Source: an uncultured Acidimicrobiales bacterium
Lineage (GTDB): Bacteria > Actinomycetota > Acidimicrobiia > Acidimicrobiales > AC-14
DNA length: 36,829 nt
Assembly: GCA_964440725.1 (NCBI GenBank)
Contig: CAYTTL010000003.1
Coordinates: 1-36,829 of the forward strand
Direction: 5' to 3'
Below, piece by piece: positions 31,969 to 36,829 of the stretch; positions within the stretch are counted from its first letter, which is position 1, and every line of letters starts with the position of its first letter. The notes under the pieces are model-generated. The model was not told the origin of the DNA, made no database searches, and was given only the letters and a program-made list of their open reading frames with translations. The translations under genes and the position numbers were made by a program.

Positions 31969-32591
31969 GCACTCGCCTCCAAGCGGCGGATCACCCGTCG
32001 CAGGGTCTCGGGGTGCCAGGACTGGGATCGCTTGGGCCTGAGTCCCTCGCGCTCGAGCACCGTGGCCATGGCCCGGAGTGACATGCCGCGACCTCGGAGC
32101 TCGCCGATGCGGCGGATCACGGCCTGCTCGTCGACGTCGACGACGAGCTCTCGATCGACGGTGCGCCAGCCGAGGGGCGGGGAGCCGTAGGCGTAGCCCC
32201 CGCGCGCCGCCTTGGCTACGCGGCCTGCGTTCATCCGGGCGACGATCAGGGCTCGCTCGTACTGGGAGATGGCGCCGAGCACCTGGCGGATGAGAACCCT
32301 GGTCGGGTCGTTGCCCTCGATGTCGGGCTCGGTGACCGAGCGCACCTGGCGGCCGAGGCGAGCGATGCGCTCGAGGATCGTCTCCTGGACGATGAGATCT
32401 CGGGCCAGGCGGTCGAGGCGGTAGACCACCAGCGCATCGGCCCGGCCCGTCTCCATGGCGGCCAGAGCCAGGGTGAGGCCGGGCCGGTCGAAGAGCTTGC
32501 CGCTCACTCCCTCATCCGCGTGCAGCGCCACCAGGTGGAGGCCTGCCTCGGCGCAGAACGAGCGGATCCGCTCCTCCTGGACCGTGCGCAC
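31965..32591 (-). pseudogene. Serine recombinase (resolvase/invertase family) lacking the N-terminal catalytic-serine segment
   Basis: The ORF begins at ..VRTVQEERIRSFCAEAGLHLVALHADEGVSGK.. and retains YRLDRLARD and the GGYAYGSPPLGW..W.PETL region. No YxRVSxxxQ-type segment exists upstream in the frame. Confidence 0.8.
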
Positions 32592-32904
32592 ACTCGATCT
32601 TCTGGGCGTTGGCCGCCTGAAGGGTGTCTCCCCTGCGCAGATTCTCGCCGGGCGTGACCGGCTCGAGATGCGAAGGGTTCACGCACTGGCGAACCCGACA
32701 GAGGTGGTCGAGCTGCAGACCGGCATGGATCGGGCCGACCAGGAGCTCGTAGGCAAACCGATGGGCGCCGACAAGCCTCTTCCCAACTCGGAACTGGCCG
32801 TAGCCCCGTGGGGCGGGGTAATTCAGCGTGCCGGTCCACAACCAGCACCCCGAGGGTACCGTCCGATCCACCTTGGCCCAGAACCTCTCGGCTGGCGCGA
32901 CCAC
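32512..32904 (-). CDS. HNH_3-type homing-like endonuclease, apparently 3'-truncated at the junction with the recombinase remnant
   Basis: Sequence CWLWTG......GYGQF...K.VGAHRFAYELLVGPI.AGLQLDHLCRVRQCVNPSHLEPVT.GEN...ECAHG, then low-GC3 read-through into the recombinase region. Confidence 0.8.
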   Translation of the reverse strand: MVAPAERFWAKVDRTVPSGCWLWTGTLNYPAPRGYGQFRVGKRLVGAHRFAYELLVGPIHAGLQLDHLCRVRQCVNPSHLEPVTPGENLRRGDTLQAANAQKIECAHGPGGADPLVLRRGRPPPGGAARG

Positions 32905-33027
32905 GAGGTCAACGCTAGCGGTGTGGGCCCTGGGCTACGCCGGGCGGTGCGCCAGGGGGGACACACGCCCGACGCAGCTACCAGACGCGCACGGTAGCGG
33001 CGTAACGCTCGGCGCGAATACCCCAGG

Positions 33028-33645
33028 TCAGCGTCTCGCGCCGGCCCGGCGTGACGACGTCAACGGCGCCAGGGCCTGGGCCACCAGCGCCGTGGTGATC
33101 CTGCGGCCGTCCCGGCGAGCCGCGAGGATGACCTCGGGGACGTCGGATCCATGGACGAGCCACCACCGGTAGCACCAGTCGCAGCGCTCGGCCCGATGAA
33201 CCGGGGCTTGGCCGCACACCCGGCACAGAGGAGGTGGGTTGGTGGGGTCCGCCGGCGTCGCACGGGCCAGCGCGCCGACGGAGCCGTGCAGCGCCACGAG
33301 GGCGGTGTCAGCGCCACGGATCACCTGGCGCCACAGGTCGAGCAGCTCGTCGCGGTCGCCGCGCACGACGGCGTTGCCGACGGGATCCGCCGGGCCCGAC
33401 GTGTGACTCCCGGCGTTCGGTCCACTTGAGGCGCGGAAGCCGTCGGTGGTGCGCACCCGCGTCCGGCGCAGCAGGCCCACCGCCGACAGGCCGCGCTTGG
33501 TCCACCTCTCGGGCTTGGGATCTGAGCGGTCGAGGACGCCTAACTTGAGGTCGGCGACAGCGGCCTCCAGCTCGTCGAGCAGGTCGACCACGTGGCGCTC
33601 TTCGGCGATGATCAGTGGCTCCGCTTGGGATGGGCGGCGCGCCAT
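33028..33645 (-). CDS. Hypothetical protein with a C-terminal CxxC...CxxC motif; start uncertain (ATG 33645 or GTG 33591)
   Basis: Track ORF 33028..33738 trimmed. Sequence CRVCGQAPVHRAERCDWCYRWW. Confidence 0.7.
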   Translation of the reverse strand: MARRPSQAEPLIIAEERHVVDLLDELEAAVADLKLGVLDRSDPKPERWTKRGLSAVGLLRRTRVRTTDGFRASSGPNAGSHTSGPADPVGNAVVRGDRDELLDLWRQVIRGADTALVALHGSVGALARATPADPTNPPPLCRVCGQAPVHRAERCDWCYRWWLVHGSDVPEVILAARRDGRRITTALVAQALAPLTSSRRAGARR

Positions 33646-33815
33646 CGCCTGACGCGTGCCGCGGCCTGGGCCCGCCGGCGGGCGGCCTGCTCGGGTGTCT
33701 CCGGTTTCTCGGGCTTCACGTTGAGCTCGCTCCGACAACGCCCGCAGAGTCCGTCGTCGTCATCGGCCTCCCGGTAGGCACAGCCCGGACAGAGGTCCAC
33801 CGCGATGCAGCTCAC
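33612..33815 (-). CDS. Small zinc-ribbon protein with a basic tail, 67 aa
   Basis: GTG at 33815 in a GTGA overlap with the WhiB stop. Sequence CPGC...CGRC, then an Arg-rich C-terminus. This is the 3' part of track ORF 33612..34064. Confidence 0.65.
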   Translation of the reverse strand: MSCIAVDLCPGCAYREADDDDGLCGRCRSELNVKPEKPETPEQAARRRAQAAARVRRWRAAHPKRSH

Positions 33816-34078
33816 GCTGAGGCGAGCAGCTCGCGGGCCCGGCGCCGTAGGGCCGCCCTGTTCTTGACCCCGAAGTTCACCCCGCCCCAGATGCCTGAGG
33901 GTTCGTCCCGCTCGAGTGCGGCCTGCAGACACAGGCGGCGCATGGCGCAAGGTCCACACAGTGCGGTGGCCCGTTCCTTGTCGGCCTGGTCGTCGGAGAA
34001 GAACAGCTCCGTGAGCTGGTGGCAAGGGGCCTGCTCGGGGCGCTCGAAGAGGGTGACCCTCCACGCTGGTTCGGCCAA
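33812..34078 (-). CDS. whiB: WhiB-family (Wbl) Fe-S transcription factor
   Basis: 88 aa with four Cys (C..x..CGPCAMRRLC) and a GIWGG motif. GGGAGGAG RBS before the TTG start. Confidence 0.92.
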   Translation of the reverse strand: MAEPAWRVTLFERPEQAPCHQLTELFFSDDQADKERATALCGPCAMRRLCLQAALERDEPSGIWGGVNFGVKNRAALRRRARELLASA

Positions 34079-34184
34079 GCTCTCCTCCCAGGAGGCCTCG
34101 GCCGGTCGGGCTCCAGCCAGGACAACCTGAAAGATGAAGGCTACGGGGGTAACGCTTCGGAACCGCCGACCACGCTCAGCCTGG

Positions 34185-34310
34185 TCACTCCCGCAACCAC
34201 CACCACCGGCCCTTCGTCCACCGGTCCCAGATTGTCGCTACCACGAGGGCGAGGGCGAAGGCCCACGTGGCCAGGAACAACACGACGGCCACCCAGATGG
34301 CGACGAGCAT
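34185..34310 (-). CDS. Small membrane protein, 41 aa
   Basis: ATG at 34310 overlaps the upstream stop (TGATG). Sequence MLVAIWVAVVLFLATWAFALALVVATIWDRWTKGRWWWLRE. Confidence 0.6.
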   Translation of the reverse strand: MLVAIWVAVVLFLATWAFALALVVATIWDRWTKGRWWWLRE

Positions 34311-35200
34311 CACGGGCCCTGAGCTCGTCTCGGCCTGCGGAGGCTGGCCCGCAGGTCCGGTGGTGGGTTGGTCCACGGCGCCGGTTCTGGCGGTTCGGTG
34401 AGGTTGCCGAATCGCCCGAAGCGCGGGGGCTGGAGCGTGGGCGGGGCGCCCCTGGGGTTGGTGCCGACGGCGCGGGGGTTGGTGCCGAGGGCCCGGGGTC
34501 TGGAGCTGCGGGGTTTGGTGCTCGGCGGGGCCGGGGCCGGCGGCGGGGTTGGGGTTCGGGGTTTGCGAAGTGGCTCCCCCAGCTCGGCTGGGGGTTGGGG
34601 GGGATTTTGACTCTCTCGGGGTACTTCTCGGGTGGGGGGCCTGTAGAGGCCCCCTTTTCTGGTACCGGATAAGCCCCCTTTTCTGTCATTCGAAAGGGGG
34701 TCCGTAGAAGCCCCCTTTCCGGAGTGAAGGCGGGCTCGTAGAGGCCCCCCTTTCTCGGCATCGGTGTGTTCTGTCGGGAGCGCGGCGAGCCCCCTTTTCT
34801 TGTCATTCGAAGGGGGGCTCGTGGAGGCCCCCTTTTGTGGCAGCCCAACCCTCGAGAAGTTGCCCCGGCCGACCCCGGGCGAGTAGGTGACGATCCCGAG
34901 CTCAACGAGGCGCTTGAGCGCGCGCTTGGTGGCCTTGCGCCGGGTCTCGATCGACCCAGGAACGCCGGCCTTGTTGGCCAGCTGGTCGATCGACAGGTCG
35001 TCCTCGAGACGCGACCACAGCGCCGTCGCGCCGACGATGGCCATCACCACGCGCATCTCAACGGCCTTCAACGACTCGGCGAGCGCGGCATCCATCGCCG
35101 CCCTGCCGGCCTGACAGACGACCGTGTAAGCCTGGCGACCCTCCGGGATCCGGGGGTCGGCGCGCTCTTCGGCTTCTCGGGCTGCAGCTGCGAACGTCAC
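34310..35200 (-). CDS. Replication-initiator-like protein (winged-helix N-terminal part); the coding sequence contains an iteron cluster
   Basis: GTG at 35200 in a GTGA overlap with the upstream stop. wHTH-like SIDQLANKAGVPGSIETRRKATKRALKRLVELGIV. Its stop is coupled to the next gene. Low-complexity Pro-rich C-terminus. Confidence 0.65.
   Translation of the reverse strand: MTFAAAAREAEERADPRIPEGRQAYTVVCQAGRAAMDAALAESLKAVEMRVVMAIVGATALWSRLEDDLSIDQLANKAGVPGSIETRRKATKRALKRLVELGIVTYSPGVGRGNFSRVGLPQKGASTSPPSNDKKRGLAALPTEHTDAEKGGPLRARLHSGKGASTDPLSNDRKGGLSGTRKGGLYRPPTREVPRESQNPPQPPAELGEPLRKPRTPTPPPAPAPPSTKPRSSRPRALGTNPRAVGTNPRGAPPTLQPPRFGRFGNLTEPPEPAPWTNPPPDLRASLRRPRRAQGP
34643..34840. repeat. Iteron cluster: four GTAGAGGCCCCCTTT-type direct repeats plus two ~33-bp palindromic elements (candidate origin of replication)
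   Basis: GTAGAGGCCCCCTTTTCT at 34643, GTAGAAGCCCCCTTTCC at 34704, GTAGAGGCCCCCCTTTCTC at 34738, GTGGAGGCCCCCTTTTGTGG at 34821. Palindromes AAGCCCCCTTTTCTGTCATTCGAAAGGGGGTCC at 34671..34703 and GAGCCCCCTTTTCTTGTCATTCGAAGGGGGGCTC at 34787..34820. Confidence 0.75.
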
Positions 35201-35517
35201 GGCGGTGCCACGAGGACGAGTCCGCCTGCTTCGGGATGTTCTCGCGGGGCAATGAGCAGCTCGTAGCTCTCGGGTGCCCGCGCCCCCCTCGCCTCGTACC
35301 GGCGCTGGCGGGACAGCAAGCCGCGGGCCTCGAGTTGGCGTAGCTGGCGCTGCACGGTTCGCACCGACTGCTCTGTTGCCAGGGCGAGCGCCTCCTGGGT
35401 CGGGGAGCAGCAACTCTCCCCCTCGTCGACCAGGCCGGCCAGCACCAACAGGACGGCCTTGGGCCCGACCCCCCCGGCGATCTGGCGCTCGGCCCAACGG
35501 CGGGCGCGGAGGCTCAT
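35197..35517 (-). CDS. Winged-helix DNA-binding protein, 106 aa
   Basis: Segment PTQEALALATEQSVRTVQRQLRQLEARGLL is HTH-like. Confidence 0.8.
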   Translation of the reverse strand: MSLRARRWAERQIAGGVGPKAVLLVLAGLVDEGESCCSPTQEALALATEQSVRTVQRQLRQLEARGLLSRQRRYEARGARAPESYELLIAPREHPEAGGLVLVAPP

Positions 35518-35581
35518 GCCAGCAAGCTTCCCCTGTTCTCCTTGGGGAGGACTAGGGGGGTCTTCTTGGGGGCAACTCTGT

Positions 35582-35953
35582 TCATAGGCCCGGCAAGTGC
35601 AGCTGGATTCCCGTGGTCAGGCAGGCGTGGCTGACGATCCGATCACGGACTACACGCGCCGAGGGCGACGTCTCTACGCGCTGGCAGGCGTTGATCACCG
35701 TGGTGTGATCCCGGTTGAAGAACCGGCCCAATGCCGGATAGGACCACCCGCTCGACGCGCGAGCCGCGGCCATGGCGACGTGACGCCAGCGCACCAGCGG
35801 CAGTGACCGACGTTGGCCGAGGAGCTCGCCAACCGAGAACCCCGACTCGGCGGCGGTCGCGGCGAGCACGACCGAGGGGTGTGGACCCTCCATGGTGTCG
35901 AACGGATCCTCCCGGAAGCACGCGGCGGCATCCACAGGAACCCCTGAGGTCAT
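35582..35953 (-). CDS. Stand-alone DnaA domain IV (Bac_DnaA_C)-like DNA-binding protein, 123 aa
   Basis: ATG at 35953 in an ATGA overlap with the upstream stop. SVGELLGQRRSLPLVRWRHVAMAAARASSGWSYPALGRFFNRDHTTVINACQRVE aligns by eye with E. coli DnaA [56 protein letters not shown]. Confidence 0.88.
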   Translation of the reverse strand: MTSGVPVDAAACFREDPFDTMEGPHPSVVLAATAAESGFSVGELLGQRRSLPLVRWRHVAMAAARASSGWSYPALGRFFNRDHTTVINACQRVETSPSARVVRDRIVSHACLTTGIQLHLPGL

Positions 35954-36829
35954 GTCCGGCGCGCCATCCCGGCGTACTGCTTGCGGGAGACGACCGGGTA
36001 GGTCCAGGCCGCCGCGCTGAGGGCGTCGTCGATCTCGGCGGGGACGGTGAGACCGAAGCGTCGGCGGGTGCCGTCGCGCTCGGGAGAGCCGTTGGTGCAC
36101 AGCAGCAGCCGCACGCGGGTTCGTCCGTAGACCTGCAGGCGGTCGGGGAGCTCGTAGAGCGCCAGCTGCTGGCCGGGGTTGCCGGGATCCGCGGCGGTGG
36201 CCACGAGGCTCAGGGAGGCCGCGACCACGAAGCGGTCCCAGCCGATGACCTCGACGGCGGCCCGGCGCAGCTCGGTGTTGGGCTCGGCCATGATGCGCTC
36301 GAGGGGCCACCCGGCGATGAGGTCGGGCGGCACCCGAAGCCCGTGCCAGGCGTGGATGGCCCAGGTGTCGGGGTAGGCGATCGCCGGGCCGTCCTCGCTG
36401 TGCAGGCGGCCCTCGGCGTCACGACGAAGGACGGTCGGCCGCTCGGTGAGGACGCATACACCGCGCATCGGCCACCACCACCCAGATGAGGTGGCGATGG
36501 AGATCTCGGCGGCCAGGGCCCGGCTGGCCCACGGCTCGTACTGCACGCCGAGCTCGTCCTCGGGCCAGCGGCAGAAGGCCAGCCAGTACAGATCGTGCTG
36601 GCCGTACAAGGCCAGACCGAGCTGGCCCCGGAGCTGGCCCCGGAGCTGGTCCCCGAGCTGGCCCCGGAGCTGGCCCCCGAGCTGGTCCCCGAGCTGGCCC
36701 CAGAGCTGGCCCCGGAGCTGGCCCCCGAGCTGGCCCCGGAGCTGGTCCCAGAGCTGGTCCCCGAGCTGGCCCCAGAGCTGGTCCCGGAGCTGGCCCCCGA
36801 GCTGGCCCCGGAGCTGGTCCCAGAGCTGG
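35950..36829 (-). CDS. 3' part of the repeat-containing early protein (xxQL repeats plus C-terminal WWP/ERP domain, DUF6745-like by recollection)
   Basis: The repeat frame CAG CTC NGG GNC runs without stops into ..[14 protein letters not shown].. of track ORF 35950..36609. The C-terminal domain contains [18 protein letters not shown]. Confidence 0.8.
   Translation of the reverse strand, partial: QLWDQLRGQLGGQLRDQLWGQLGDQLWDQLRGQLGGQLRGQLWGQLGDQLGGQLRGQLGDQLRGQLRGQLGLALYGQHDLYWLAFCRWPEDELGVQYEPWASRALAAEISIATSSGWWWPMRGVCVLTERPTVLRRDAEGRLHSEDGPAIAYPDTWAIHAWHGLRVPPDLIAGWPLERIMAEPNTELRRAAVEVIGWDRFVVAASLSLVATAADPGNPGQQLALYELPDRLQVYGRTRVRLLLCTNGSPERDGTRRRFGLTVPAEIDDALSAAAWTYPVVSRKQYAGMARRT
36619..36829 (-). 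repeat. 12-nt tandem repeat, 17 full units plus 7 nt, same family as 1..252
   Basis: Contiguous GAGCTGG[T/C]CCC[G/A/C] units. The last 55 nt equal nt 1..55. Confidence 0.97.

Larger units (their letters stand above)
1..36829. mobile_element. Apparently complete, circularly closed temperate siphovirus-like phage genome (actinobacterial-type host)
   Basis: Ordered packaging/head/tail/lysis gene set on the minus strand. Integrase and repressor block on the plus strand. WhiB-like genes present. First 55 nt equal the last 55 nt. Confidence 0.8.

Noticed and set aside
32504-32848. Third-frame ORF across the HNH/recombinase junction as the missing recombinase N-terminus
   Set aside because: The translation is Arg/Pro/Ser-rich and contains no YxRVSxxxQ-like catalytic motif.
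35201-35497. N-terminal 99 aa of track ORF 34310..35497
   Set aside because: It overlaps the wHTH gene 35197..35517 in another frame. The GTGA-coupled start at 35200 gives a cleaner model.
36775-36829. End repeats as physical direct terminal repeats or att sites of an integrated prophage
   Set aside because: The overlap sits in the middle of a coding tandem repeat, with the gene's N-terminal half at one end and its C-terminal half at the other. No host-like genes flank either side. An assembly overlap of a circular or concatemeric template is more parsimonious.

Overview
This visibly high-G+C 36.8-kb window reads as one complete, circularly closed temperate siphovirus-type phage genome from a high-G+C Gram-positive (actinobacterial-type) host. 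G+C was not computed exactly. Nt 1..55 are identical to nt 36775..36829. That overlap lies inside a 12-nt coding tandem repeat belonging to a single minus-strand gene that was cut by linearisation of the contig.

Almost all genes are on the minus strand and are tightly packed. More than 20 stop/start junctions are ATGA, GTGA or TGATG overlaps, and I used these to fix starts and to recover several ORFs below the 60-aa track cutoff.

Layout, reading the minus strand downward:
- Early/replication block, 6359 down to 513, wrapping to 36829 down to 31354. It holds a Cro-like HTH, a WhiB-like/HA-repeat protein, a possible phiC31-gp3-like protein, the repeat protein, a stand-alone DnaA domain IV protein, wHTH proteins, an initiator-like gene containing iterons, WhiB, zinc-ribbon proteins, and a truncated HNH abutting a truncated serine recombinase.
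- Late block, 31335 down to 8769. It runs HNH, TerS, TerL, portal, prohead protease, HK97-type capsid, glycine-rich protein, connectors, major tail, G/GT chaperone with a -1 frameshift, tape measure, LamG-bearing Dit, minor tails, beta-helix tailspike, endolysin, holin, and a coiled-coil membrane protein.
- Plus-strand lysogeny block, 5606..8105. It holds a frameshifted lipoprotein, an XRE repressor, a tyrosine integrase and a Cys-rich ORF. A frameshifted secreted Excalibur-domain moron sits at 8330..8735.

The most unusual element is the split early gene. Its 34 tetrapeptide repeats differ at only two nucleotide positions per 12-nt unit, and both positions are nonsynonymous.

All functional calls rest on motif recognition by eye and need HMM or BLAST confirmation. 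I saw no tRNA, rRNA or CRISPR array.
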